In this document: piece by piece, positions 48,980 through 58,411 of the stretch
Layout of the letters: each line of letters starts with the position of its first letter
How positions within the stretch are numbered: the stretch's first letter is position 1
From: Fibrobacterota bacterium
Lineage (GTDB): Bacteria; Fibrobacterota; Fibrobacteria; UBA11236
Length of the DNA stretch: 64,000 bases
NCBI GenBank assembly: GCA_023249635.1
Contig: JAHFCH010000002.1
Coordinates: 46,179-110,178 of the forward strand
Direction: 5' to 3'
Position numbers and translations under genes: made by a program
The notes under the pieces: model-generated
What the model was told of the DNA's origin: nothing
Databases searched by the model: none
Seen by the model: only the letters and a program-made list of their open reading frames with translations

Positions 48980-51900
48980 TTACCGATCCGCGCCGGGCGG
49001 AGTCGCGCGGATTTCCAGGCGGGACTGTCGCGCGTGGAACGATCGGGACGCGGCTTTCGGCATCCGCGTGATCACGCCGCGGCGGCCTTCCGCGCTCCAC
49101 AGCAGGGCGCCGTTCCACGACCACAAGCGCGCCGAACCGCCTTGGGCCCAGAACACCTCATCGCCCGCGACCACGGCCGGACCGATGGCGAGACCACCGC
49201 GCCGCAAAGCCAGGGCGATACGGCCGATTTCCACCTTGGCCTTGGCGCAATGGACCTCGCCCCCGTTGTCCCCGCATAGGGTAACTTCCAGGGTACCGTC
49301 CTGCACGGGGTTGGAAAGGATCAGGGAATCGGCGGAGCCCAGGGTATCGCACATGCGCGCGGAAAGGCTCCAGCGCCGGTTAAGGGGCGGATGATAGGAA
49401 GCGGCGGCCAGGGCCGCGGCATTGGACACCGTGGGGCGCAACGCCAAGGCCAGGTTCCCGTTCCAGGCCTGCTGGGACGGCAGGGTGAAGAGCGGATCGG
49501 GGATGGCCTCCTTGACCAGTACCTTGACTTCCCGGGAACGCCAGGCGCCGTTGAACCGGGCGCTGAAGCGGTAGCCCAGTAAGGAGTCCGCGGCTACGCG
49601 GGGTGCGGTAAAGGCTTGCGCCAAAGCCTTGGCATCGGCGGGAGCGGGTCCCGCCAGCGCCTCCCATTTCCAATCGTCGGCGCAGCGCAGCGAAGCGGCG
49701 AGGGAGAAACCCTGACCCTCGTCCACCGCCACGGAATCGGCCGCGACCTGCAACAGCGTGTCGCAGAGCAGGGAGACCCGGGCCGCGCGCGAAGTATCCG
49801 TTCCGTAGGCATTGGATGCGATGCAGAAGAAGGCCGCGCCATCGTCGGCGGCGGAAATCGCCTGCGTCAACACAGCCTGGCTGTCCAGTGCCGCCGCGAC
49901 ACCCTGCCGGTACCATTTATAGGCGAAGGGAGGCGTGCCCTGCAGACTCACGGAAAAGGCGGCCGTCCGGTTCGGCAATAGCGAGGTGTCACGGGGACCT
50001 GCGGTTACCCGAACGGGAACGTGCACGGTCAGCACCGCTTCACGCGAGGCCTGGTTCCCATAGGCATTGGAAACCACCGCGCGGAAATGCGCGCCGTCGT
50101 CGGCGGCGGCCGCGACCAGGTTGAGCGCTGGAGAGGTCCCGATGACGGTGGAATTCCCCACCCGGGTCCAGGCGTAGGTATAGGGTGGCGTGCCTTCGAC
50201 CGCGACCGCGAAGGCAACCGGCGCGCCGGCCAAAACGGCGGTATCCATGGGCTGGGCGGAAACCTTCGCGGGTACCCGTACCGTAAGGGTTACCGGGGAA
50301 GTGTTGGTATCGCCGTTCACGTTCGAGATATGGCATTGGTATTGCCACCCTTCCATGGTGGTATCCGCATTCGCGATGGCCAGGGTCGTGTCGGTGGAAA
50401 GCACCGCGGATTGCCCCACGCGCGTCCAGGCGAAGGCCAGCGGGAACGCGCCTATGGCGCCTACGCTGAAAACCGCGGCTGCCCCGCCCTGGATGGCCAT
50501 GGCATCAACCGGCGCGCGGTAGATGGATGGCGGGGCCAAGGCGAAACTCCAGCGACGGTTGCTTCCCGCGTCGGGGCAGAATGCGTCCGCGATGCCGATC
50601 ACCCCGGTAGCCTGGCTGTTACCCAAGTTCACGTAGGATGCCGTCAGGGACGCGCCGCCGAAAGCGCTCCAATCCCGCGTCGCATCCAGGTCCAAGGGCA
50701 ATCCGGCCTTGCCTTCCAACCGCAGGTTCTGGCCCGCCCGCAACTCCGCGTCCCCCAGGCCGGTAAACGTGAGCGCTACCGCGCCCGCCTTCAGCTCCAT
50801 GTCCCCGGAAACGGCGAGGGAACGCCCGTCCAGGGCCAGGGTTCCGCCCTGCATCGCGAACGAGGTCGCTTTGAGATTCGCCAACAAGTTCACCGATCCC
50901 CCATCCGCGACGGTAATGGCGCCGAGAGAACCATTGTCTCGCGAGGTTTCCTGCAAGCGCATGCCGTGGGAAGAGGCGTCCAACTTCCATTGCGAAGTAC
51001 CGGGTTCGATGCGCTTGATGGGCCCCAGATCGAGTCCCCCATGCAACCGGAATATCGCGCTGCCCAGCCGCAACGCCAGCGCCGGCGCGCTTCCGCCCGG
51101 ATGCACGGCTTGCAAATCGGCGGCGAGATCGGCATCCACCGGCCCCTGGAAATCGATTATCCCTTCGCCGGTAGCCTGGGAAGAACCGTCGGAAAGCACC
51201 AAATTGCCGAGCACGTGCAACTGTTGCGAAGCATTGCCTTGCACGACCAAGGTGCCGCTATAACCCGATCGTGGGGAAGCTTCCAGGCGCAGGTCATGGA
51301 ACACCGCTCCGGCATAAGAGAAGGTCGAGGTCTTGGGTCCGGTCGCATCCGCCATGATGCTGACGTATACGGCGCCGCCGAAAACCGATGCGGGCCCAGC
51401 CCCGGTAAAATCGGCATTCCCGCGCACCGTCAGGGTGGTCGCAACAGATTGCAGGATCGAAGTTCCCGCGGCCGTCGCCAGGGAAGTGAAGGCCGCGGAA
51501 AGGCCTCCCAGATCCAGGGAGCCGGTCTCGAGGGTGAATGCCCGCGCGTTCAAAGGGTAGCCTAGTAAGGTGAGGGTCCCGGCTCCGCGCTTGATCAGGT
51601 CGGGCAGAAAGCTCTTGTCCCCGGAACGCAGTGTGCCCGTGCCATTGCAGATAAGGGTGCCTTGCCCGCGATTGACCACCCCGAAGGCCGAGTTCGAGTA
51701 GACTTCGAGTTTGGCGCTCCCGAAGGAAAAGATGCCCCCGAATCCCGTGAGATCGAATACATTCGTGACGAGATCCGATTCCAGGTAAGCATCCGTCTTC
51801 CCACCCGCGGTGGTCCCATCGAAATAGAGATCCAGGTAGCGCGAAGCCTTGAGAGGTCCATCGGCCTGTACGTCGTCGAAGGCTAAAAGACCCGAGGAGG

Positions 51901-52675
51901 AAGTCTGGCTTCCCACCGCGAATAATCCGACTTGCGAAGACGCGGCCGCTTGTTGGGTCGTGCTGTTGGCGTACATGATCCAGGGGGTGGAAACCGAGAG
52001 GCGATAGAAGGCGAAAAAGCGGTTTCCGCTCCGCGCGGCGCGGAGAAAGGCATCCTGCCCTGCAGGGATAGCCGGTCCCGCGGTGGACGGTAGGGCGTCG
52101 AAGCTGCCCACCGAACCTTCGGTATCGAAACGAGCGCAAAGATGGCCATCGCTGACATAGACCGCGAAAGCGCCGCCCGCCGAGGGCGCGGTGAAATCGT
52201 TCAGCACCAAAATTCCCTGCTGCTGTTCCGGACCCGTGGTACCGGGGGCGAGTACGCGTACCGAAAAATCGAAGTCACCGGTGAGATCGGCACGGTATAA
52301 CGAAGTGACGGTGAAGTCGTCCACGCTCCCGAGCTTGGAATCGAAAGCAATGGCATCCACTGCGAGGGAGACGACGCCGGCTTGGGTGAGCGTGGCGGTA
52401 CGGGTCACCCAGGCCGGCAACTTTTGGCCGCCGTCAAAGGCATCGTCCCGATCCGAGACGGCGAACAGGCCGCTGCCGTCCGTCGCGGCAGTCCAGTAAT
52501 GGGAATGATCGATGGGGGCCACGCCATCCGTCATGACGGAATCGGGATTCCAATGCCAACGGGAGGAGACCGCGGATGCCTGCGACCAGGCCAAACCCAG
52601 GCATGGCAGCAAGGCACGCCAAGGCGCGCGTCCCAGGGCAAATGCCGAGAACACGTTCACGGAAACCTCCAGCAT
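48980..52675 (-). CDS. Large secreted ConA-like/beta-helix/Ig-repeat protein (3 Ig repeats)
   Basis: Signal peptide; GDFDFSV..FLRAARSG..GLFA..FDD; Gly/Leu-rich beta-helix-like repeats; three P..P.D...W...C Ig units; shared C-module. Confidence 0.8.
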   Translation of the reverse strand: MLEVSVNVFSAFALGRAPWRALLPCLGLAWSQASAVSSRWHWNPDSVMTDGVAPIDHSHYWTAATDGSGLFAVSDRDDAFDGGQKLPAWVTRTATLTQAGVVSLAVDAIAFDSKLGSVDDFTVTSLYRADLTGDFDFSVRVLAPGTTGPEQQQGILVLNDFTAPSAGGAFAVYVSDGHLCARFDTEGSVGSFDALPSTAGPAIPAGQDAFLRAARSGNRFFAFYRLSVSTPWIMYANSTTQQAAASSQVGLFAVGSQTSSSGLLAFDDVQADGPLKASRYLDLYFDGTTAGGKTDAYLESDLVTNVFDLTGFGGIFSFGSAKLEVYSNSAFGVVNRGQGTLICNGTGTLRSGDKSFLPDLIKRGAGTLTLLGYPLNARAFTLETGSLDLGGLSAAFTSLATAAGTSILQSVATTLTVRGNADFTGAGPASVFGGAVYVSIMADATGPKTSTFSYAGAVFHDLRLEASPRSGYSGTLVVQGNASQQLHVLGNLVLSDGSSQATGEGIIDFQGPVDADLAADLQAVHPGGSAPALALRLGSAIFRLHGGLDLGPIKRIEPGTSQWKLDASSHGMRLQETSRDNGSLGAITVADGGSVNLLANLKATSFAMQGGTLALDGRSLAVSGDMELKAGAVALTFTGLGDAELRAGQNLRLEGKAGLPLDLDATRDWSAFGGASLTASYVNLGNSQATGVIGIADAFCPDAGSNRRWSFALAPPSIYRAPVDAMAIQGGAAAVFSVGAIGAFPLAFAWTRVGQSAVLSTDTTLAIANADTTMEGWQYQCHISNVNGDTNTSPVTLTVRVPAKVSAQPMDTAVLAGAPVAFAVAVEGTPPYTYAWTRVGNSTVIGTSPALNLVAAAADDGAHFRAVVSNAYGNQASREAVLTVHVPVRVTAGPRDTSLLPNRTAAFSVSLQGTPPFAYKWYRQGVAAALDSQAVLTQAISAADDGAAFFCIASNAYGTDTSRAARVSLLCDTLLQVAADSVAVDEGQGFSLAASLRCADDWKWEALAGPAPADAKALAQAFTAPRVAADSLLGYRFSARFNGAWRSREVKVLVKEAIPDPLFTLPSQQAWNGNLALALRPTVSNAAALAAASYHPPLNRRWSLSARMCDTLGSADSLILSNPVQDGTLEVTLCGDNGGEVHCAKAKVEIGRIALALRRGGLAIGPAVVAGDEVFWAQGGSARLWSWNGALLWSAEGRRGVITRMPKAASRSFHARQSRLEIRATPPGADR

Positions 52676-52792
52676 GAGGAAGGCCCCACGCCTTAGGAAA
52701 AGTAACCTAGGGGGGCCTGGAAACCGTGACGCCGGTCACGGGTTTCCAAGAGCTTTTAGGGGCTTGGGAGCACCGACTCCCCTGAATCCACT

Positions 52793-55700
52793 TTATTTGA
52801 GGATTTCCAGACGTGCGCCGCCGCGGTATAGCGCCTTTGCAGTCACATCGGGAATGGCCGTGGTCAAGCCTGCGCGGCCTTTTCCCTGCCAGAGCAGGCG
52901 GCCATCGAAACCCCAGACGCGGGCCTGGGCATCGGCGTTCCAAACGAGCATGCGGCCTTCCAGGGTCACCGGGCCCAACCTCGCCAGACGGGCGGCCAAG
53001 CGCAAGGCCAACCGGTTGACGGCCAGCTCGTGGGCCTGGCAGAGCACCGCTCCCCCGTTGTCCAGGCACAGGGTAACTTGCATGATACCGTCCTGGAAGG
53101 GATCGGAAAGCGATAGCGAATCCCCGGCTTGGGCGGAATCGGCCAGAGCCGGCGCCAGATACCAACGATACCGGAAGGGAGGCGCGTAGGGCGATGCCTT
53201 GAGCGCGGCGGTATTGGTGATGGTGGCCTTGACCACGTAGGGCTTGGCGCCTTGCCATTTGGCCGAGGCCGGCAAGGTGAATTGCGGATCGGGAATGGCC
53301 TCCTTGACCCGCACCACTACGTCCTTATAGGTAACCCCGCTCGCGTATTGGGCCGTGAAGCGGTATACCAACACCGATTCGGCCAGCACCCGCGGCGCGG
53401 TGAATTCGAGGGAAGCGGCTTCCGGATCGAAGATGCGGGGCGCGGGCCCGGAGACGACGGTCCATTGCGTCGATTGCGAACAGGCGGCCGTGCCTTTGAA
53501 TACGGCGGGTTGACCCTCGTCTACCGTCAGCGTATCCGGAGCCACCTTGAATACGCTATCGCATACCACCACGGACAGCCTGGCCTCATGGCTGGTATCC
53601 GCGCCGTAGGCGTTCGCAACGATGACCGTGAAGAGCGCCCCGTCATCCTTGAGCTTCACCGTGTCGATGGTATACGTCGAATCACGGGACAGGACTGCGG
53701 TATCGCCCTTGCGTTGCCATTTGAATGCAATGGGCATGGCGCCCACCGCGCTTACCTTGAAGACTGCCTTTTTTCCGGGCCCGACGGCCACGTTCGCGGG
53801 CTCAGTCAGGATAAACGCCGCCTGCACGACCACGAGTTTGCTGTCCTTGCTGCGGACGTTGCCGTAGCCGTTGGCGACCAGGCACGTATACACGGCTCCC
53901 GTCGCGGCCAGGGGAACGGAATCGAGCGTCAGGACGGTGTCCCGGGAAAGCACGGTGGTATCGTTCTTCTTCGTCCATTCGTAACGGAGCGATGGGGTGC
54001 CCCCCGCGCCGATGGAAAAACGCGCGGATTGGCCCGCGACCGCGACCACGGAGTCCTTGGGCTGTTTCGTGATGAAGGGCGGCTGCACCACCCCCAGCAC
54101 GGCTTCCCTCGTAACTATGGTTCCGTATTTGTTGGAAACGATGCAGTAGAATCGTGAACCGCTATCCGCGGGTACGGTCGGCGGGATCACGAAGAGGGAA
54201 TCCTTCCCGAGCGTATCCGTCCGGCCGACCTTTCTCCACGCGAAGGCGAGCGGCGCGGAGCCCATCCCGCGTACCTTGAAAGTTACCGGTTGCCCGGCCA
54301 GTACGGTGGTGTCCCGGGGCCCGAAGGCGGTATCCGGCGTTTGCCCGACGACCAGGGAAGCGGCGAGGGAGCTCTCCTGCCCATAGGCGTTGGAAACCGC
54401 GCACAGGAATTTCTTTCCGTTGTCGCCGACGTCGGTCTTGAAGGAAAGCGCGGAATCCTTGGCGAGCGTATCCGGAGCGCCTTCCCGGAACCAGGCGAAG
54501 GCGATGGTCCCGGTGCCGGAGGCGGCCACGGCGAAGCGCGCGAGCTGGCCGGCCGCTACATCCACGTTCTTGGGTTGCGTCGTCACCTTGGCCGGGAACC
54601 GCAAGGTCAGCAGGGCCTTGCGCGAAATGGCGGAGCCGAAATCATTGGATACCGTGCAGGCCCACGTGGCCCCATCCTGGGCCGCGGCGGTGGCCGCGAG
54701 CTTGAGCACGGCATTGGTATCCACCGTGGCCGTGTCCCCGGTCTTGCGCCAGCGGAAATGGAATGGGGGCGTCCCGCCCGCGGTCACTTGGAATTGGACC
54801 TGATCCCCCACCGTCACCGCCGCGTCCGAGGGTTCCCCGGCGATATAGGCCGGCTCGTTTACGATCAACTCCCCATCCTGGCTCTCCAGACTTGTGACGG
54901 CGTTCGCGACGGTGCAGTAGTATTTGGCGCCGTTCAACGCCGGAGTCCCTTTGATCGAGATCAAGGTATCGTTGCCGAGCACGGTGGTATCGCCGCGCTT
55001 GCGCCAAGCGTAGGCCAGCGGCGCGCTGCCGGCGGCCTTCACGGTAAAGACCCCGTTCTGGTCCTTGAGGATGGTGATCTTGGCGGCGGGCTGCCGCACG
55101 ATGGAGGGCGGGGACAAGGTGAAGGTCCAGCCCGAATTACCGCTCTTGTCGTTGCAGGCGGCCGTGGCCGCGCCCGCGGATCCGGTCGCCTGGGAATTGC
55201 CGATATCGGCGAAGTCCGCCGTAAGCGCTCCTGCGGCGAAGACCGACCAGGCCGCGGCGGGATTCATCCCCAACTGCGCGCCTGCCGTCCCGGTGAAGGC
55301 GATATCCCCTCCGGCCCGGATCTCCCGGCCGGCCAGCCCTTGCAGCGAGTTGGCCGATCCGTTGGTAACCGTGAAGGTACCCGTAACATTCACGTTATTC
55401 CCGTTCAGGTTGAGGGATCCCGCCGATTGCGCGAAGGACGCGGCCTGCAAGACCGATCCCAGCGAAACGGCGCCGCTACCGGTATGCTTGACCGGGCCCA
55501 ACGATGCTCCGGCGGAAAGCGACTGGGACGCGGAGGAAGCCAGCTCCAGGGAGGAATTGTCGGCCGCGAATCCGGCGGGGAAGGCAAGGGTTACGTTGCC
55601 CTTGGCTATCCAGGCGCCGTTCCCCATCCGCACTTGCAGCGAGTTGGATCCGGAACCGTTATCGACGCGGTCGATATTCCCGTCCACGGTGACATTGGCA

Positions 55701-57205
55701 TTACCCGGGCGGAAGTCCACGATTCCGATCAGGCCCGCGACGGCTTTCTCATCCGTTAAACGCAGGTTGCCTTTTACGGTGAGCGCCGCTCCGCCCACGG
55801 CGATGCGGGCGGGATTCGCCGCAGGCACCGTCCACAACGAAAGATGATTGAAGGCTGCCGCGCCCGTCGTGAAAACCACGTCGTTCTGGGCCACCGGGTT
55901 TCCCACGCTGCGTATCTGCACCGTGCCCGCCGCGGGTAAGGAGGTTACCCCGGAGAAATTCGCGTCCCCGGTAAAGGCCAACGTGTCCGTCGCGTTCAAT
56001 CCCGTAAAGAGTGCGGATGCGGATACCAGGCCGGAGAATTCATTGTAATGCCCGCCTAGATCCACGCTGCTTCCATTGACAGTCAGTACGCCCGCCTTAA
56101 CCGGACGGGTAGCGAGAGTCAGGATGCCTCCGCCGGTTTTGTTGATGGGAGGAAGCGTTGCGCCCGCGCGTGGGGTCAGGGTTTGGTTCCCGGCCCCGAA
56201 CGCCAGCGTCCCCGTGGCAGCGTCAATGACCGCCGTAGCGGCGAAGTCGGCATTGCCGGAAAGCGCCAGGGTAGCCGATTTGAATCCGAACGTACCCGAA
56301 TAGTTGAGCAAGGAAAGGCTTTTCGCCGACATGGATGCCGTCATGCGCGCGTCCGCGTCCGCCGTGGGCCCCGATCCGTTGAAGGAGAGATCGAGATTGG
56401 TCGGCTGCATGTCTCCGCCGCCCTGGAAATCGTCGAAGGCCACGGTGGAAGCCACGTTCACGTCATGGGAGGAAACGAAGAGGCCCACCTGGACAGGGCT
56501 CCCTGCATTCAAAGGCGAACCGGTTCCCAGCGACGTCCAGGTATCGGCAAGATTGGCGCGCCAATACCCTGAATAACTACCGCCGTGCTTGACCGCGCGC
56601 AGCCAGACCGGATACTTGGTCAAGGTCTGCTTCGCAGCCGGACCTTCGGGCCAATCGTACTGGCCCACCGGAGCGGCGGAATCCCATTGGATCTTCAACC
56701 CATGCTCCGGGGTAACGATCACGGCGAAGCATCCGCCGTTGGCGGGATCCGCGAACTTGTTCATCACGATGATTCCGGCTTTGGACCATTCGTAAGCCTC
56801 GGTTTGCGAGACCACCTTTACCGATACGTCGAAGTCGCCGGGGTAATCCTTATAAGCCGCTGCGTATTGGTTGTCCACAGTCCAGACATCGGCACCGCGG
56901 GCGGTGACCGCCAGTTGGCCGCCGGATTGGACGAAGGTGGCCTTGTTGGCGACCGCTGCGCGCGTCGAATCCAAGGTTTGCCAACCGCTCATGGAAGCGG
57001 CGCTGAAGTCGTCATCCAAGCCGGATTTGGGCCGCGCGCCTCCGCCATCGGCGCCGGAGCTCCAGTTGTAGGACTTGTGCAATTCCCCGCCCGCGTTCAG
57101 CAGGGGAGCGGAAGGATTCCAGTAGAAGGTCTGCGCCAGCGTGGCGGAAGCATAAACGAGGCTTAAGGCTACGGTCCGAAAAAAAACGACACCAATCTTC
57201 GGCAT
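52793..57205 (-). CDS. Large secreted ConA-like/beta-helix/Ig-repeat protein (6 Ig repeats)
   Basis: Signal peptide (TLA-QT); GADVW, GDFDVSV, WSKAGI, PVWLRAVK, VGLFVSSH, AFDDF; six Ig units; shared C-module. Confidence 0.85.
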   Translation of the reverse strand: MPKIGVVFFRTVALSLVYASATLAQTFYWNPSAPLLNAGGELHKSYNWSSGADGGGARPKSGLDDDFSAASMSGWQTLDSTRAAVANKATFVQSGGQLAVTARGADVWTVDNQYAAAYKDYPGDFDVSVKVVSQTEAYEWSKAGIIVMNKFADPANGGCFAVIVTPEHGLKIQWDSAAPVGQYDWPEGPAAKQTLTKYPVWLRAVKHGGSYSGYWRANLADTWTSLGTGSPLNAGSPVQVGLFVSSHDVNVASTVAFDDFQGGGDMQPTNLDLSFNGSGPTADADARMTASMSAKSLSLLNYSGTFGFKSATLALSGNADFAATAVIDAATGTLAFGAGNQTLTPRAGATLPPINKTGGGILTLATRPVKAGVLTVNGSSVDLGGHYNEFSGLVSASALFTGLNATDTLAFTGDANFSGVTSLPAAGTVQIRSVGNPVAQNDVVFTTGAAAFNHLSLWTVPAANPARIAVGGAALTVKGNLRLTDEKAVAGLIGIVDFRPGNANVTVDGNIDRVDNGSGSNSLQVRMGNGAWIAKGNVTLAFPAGFAADNSSLELASSASQSLSAGASLGPVKHTGSGAVSLGSVLQAASFAQSAGSLNLNGNNVNVTGTFTVTNGSANSLQGLAGREIRAGGDIAFTGTAGAQLGMNPAAAWSVFAAGALTADFADIGNSQATGSAGAATAACNDKSGNSGWTFTLSPPSIVRQPAAKITILKDQNGVFTVKAAGSAPLAYAWRKRGDTTVLGNDTLISIKGTPALNGAKYYCTVANAVTSLESQDGELIVNEPAYIAGEPSDAAVTVGDQVQFQVTAGGTPPFHFRWRKTGDTATVDTNAVLKLAATAAAQDGATWACTVSNDFGSAISRKALLTLRFPAKVTTQPKNVDVAAGQLARFAVAASGTGTIAFAWFREGAPDTLAKDSALSFKTDVGDNGKKFLCAVSNAYGQESSLAASLVVGQTPDTAFGPRDTTVLAGQPVTFKVRGMGSAPLAFAWRKVGRTDTLGKDSLFVIPPTVPADSGSRFYCIVSNKYGTIVTREAVLGVVQPPFITKQPKDSVVAVAGQSARFSIGAGGTPSLRYEWTKKNDTTVLSRDTVLTLDSVPLAATGAVYTCLVANGYGNVRSKDSKLVVVQAAFILTEPANVAVGPGKKAVFKVSAVGAMPIAFKWQRKGDTAVLSRDSTYTIDTVKLKDDGALFTVIVANAYGADTSHEARLSVVVCDSVFKVAPDTLTVDEGQPAVFKGTAACSQSTQWTVVSGPAPRIFDPEAASLEFTAPRVLAESVLVYRFTAQYASGVTYKDVVVRVKEAIPDPQFTLPASAKWQGAKPYVVKATITNTAALKASPYAPPFRYRWYLAPALADSAQAGDSLSLSDPFQDGIMQVTLCLDNGGAVLCQAHELAVNRLALRLAARLARLGPVTLEGRMLVWNADAQARVWGFDGRLLWQGKGRAGLTTAIPDVTAKALYRGGARLEILK

Positions 57206-57437
57206 GCAAGCACTCCAAATCCCCCTCGTTGAATGTTGATGGCGTAGCCCGACGCTTGTCCAGCGGCAGCGGCTACGAACGGAGCTTGAAGATCGCGGGA
57301 GTCCCATCCCCTTAAGACTTCCGCCATCCGCCCCTCGCGCCATCCCAATCCCATCGGCGCGCGGAGCAGAGTAATAATAGTTACGATGCGCCTCCCCCTC
57401 CGGGTGTTAAGTGGCTGAAAATCCTATAATTCTGAGA

Positions 57438-58400
57438 GTGCTTCCCCGGTCATATGCCATAGTCCTTCTCCTCGCCGCGGCGGGCCTCTGGGGCCTGAGC
57501 ATTCCGGTCATGAAGGCGCTGGGCGTAGAGCAATCCTTGCTCGCGCCCGGGACCGGCAGCCTGTCGGCGACCCTGGCCTCCCTGGCAGCCCGCTACGGCA
57601 TGGCTATGCTGGCCGTGCTGGCCGGGGCGCGCATCTCCCCTCTCAGAATTAATCGGGAGGAATGGAAGCACGGCGCCATCCTCGCCGTATTCACGGGCGC
57701 AGGCATGGCCCTACAGGTGGACGGGCTCAACTATACCTTGGCCTCGACCGGCGGATTCCTCATCGCCTTGTATTGCGTGTTGGTCCCCCTCATCGCCTGG
57801 ATGGCGGGCGAACGCCGCATGACCCTGATCCTGTTCGCTTGCTGCCTGCTCGTGCTCGCCGGATTGGCGGTACTTACGGGCTATGATCCGCGCAAATTGG
57901 GATTGGGGCGCGGTGAATGGGAAAGCCTCGGGGCCGCTTGCATGTTCGCGGTGCAGATTTACCGGGTGGATCGCATTCCCGCCGGCGGGGCCGATCCCAT
58001 GCGGGTCACCGCCGTTTTGCTGGGGTTGGTCGCAATAGGCAGTTTCGCCGGCCTGGCCCTGACGCCCGGAGGACCGGGAGCCCTGGCCGCCATTCACGCT
58101 TCCCCGCGCGCGTTTCTGCTCACCCTGGCGCTGGCCTTGTTCGGCACCGCCGCGCCCTTCGCCCTCATGAATCGTTTCCAGGCGCGGGTGGGATCGGTTG
58201 CCGCCGGTTTCATCTATTGCTGCGAGCCCCTGACCACGGCCCTGGGCGCTTTTTGGCTGCCGCAATTGCTGGTGCGCGATCCCGCGGATTATCCGAATGA
58301 ATCGGCCACGCCCAAGCTGCTGCTCGGGGGCGCCTTGATCCTGGCGGCGAACCTGTTGCTGACACGGGACAAGGGCGGCAAGCCGCCGCCCGGTACCTGA
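57438..58400 (+). CDS. DMT/EamA family transporter
   Basis: About ten TM helices; LWG, GLNYT.AS..GFL, GE..L, AGFIY..EP motifs. Start is GTG 57438 or 57411. Confidence 0.88.
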   Translation: MLPRSYAIVLLLAAAGLWGLSIPVMKALGVEQSLLAPGTGSLSATLASLAARYGMAMLAVLAGARISPLRINREEWKHGAILAVFTGAGMALQVDGLNYTLASTGGFLIALYCVLVPLIAWMAGERRMTLILFACCLLVLAGLAVLTGYDPRKLGLGRGEWESLGAACMFAVQIYRVDRIPAGGADPMRVTAVLLGLVAIGSFAGLALTPGGPGALAAIHASPRAFLLTLALALFGTAAPFALMNRFQARVGSVAAGFIYCCEPLTTALGAFWLPQLLVRDPADYPNESATPKLLLGGALILAANLLLTRDKGGKPPPGT

Positions 58401-58411
58401 CCGGAAAACCC

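Noticed and set aside
57243-57278. Hairpin CGTAGCC...GGCTACG in the leader of the 6-Ig gene as a riboswitch
   Set aside because: Single stem-loop without the conserved core of any riboswitch I recognise.
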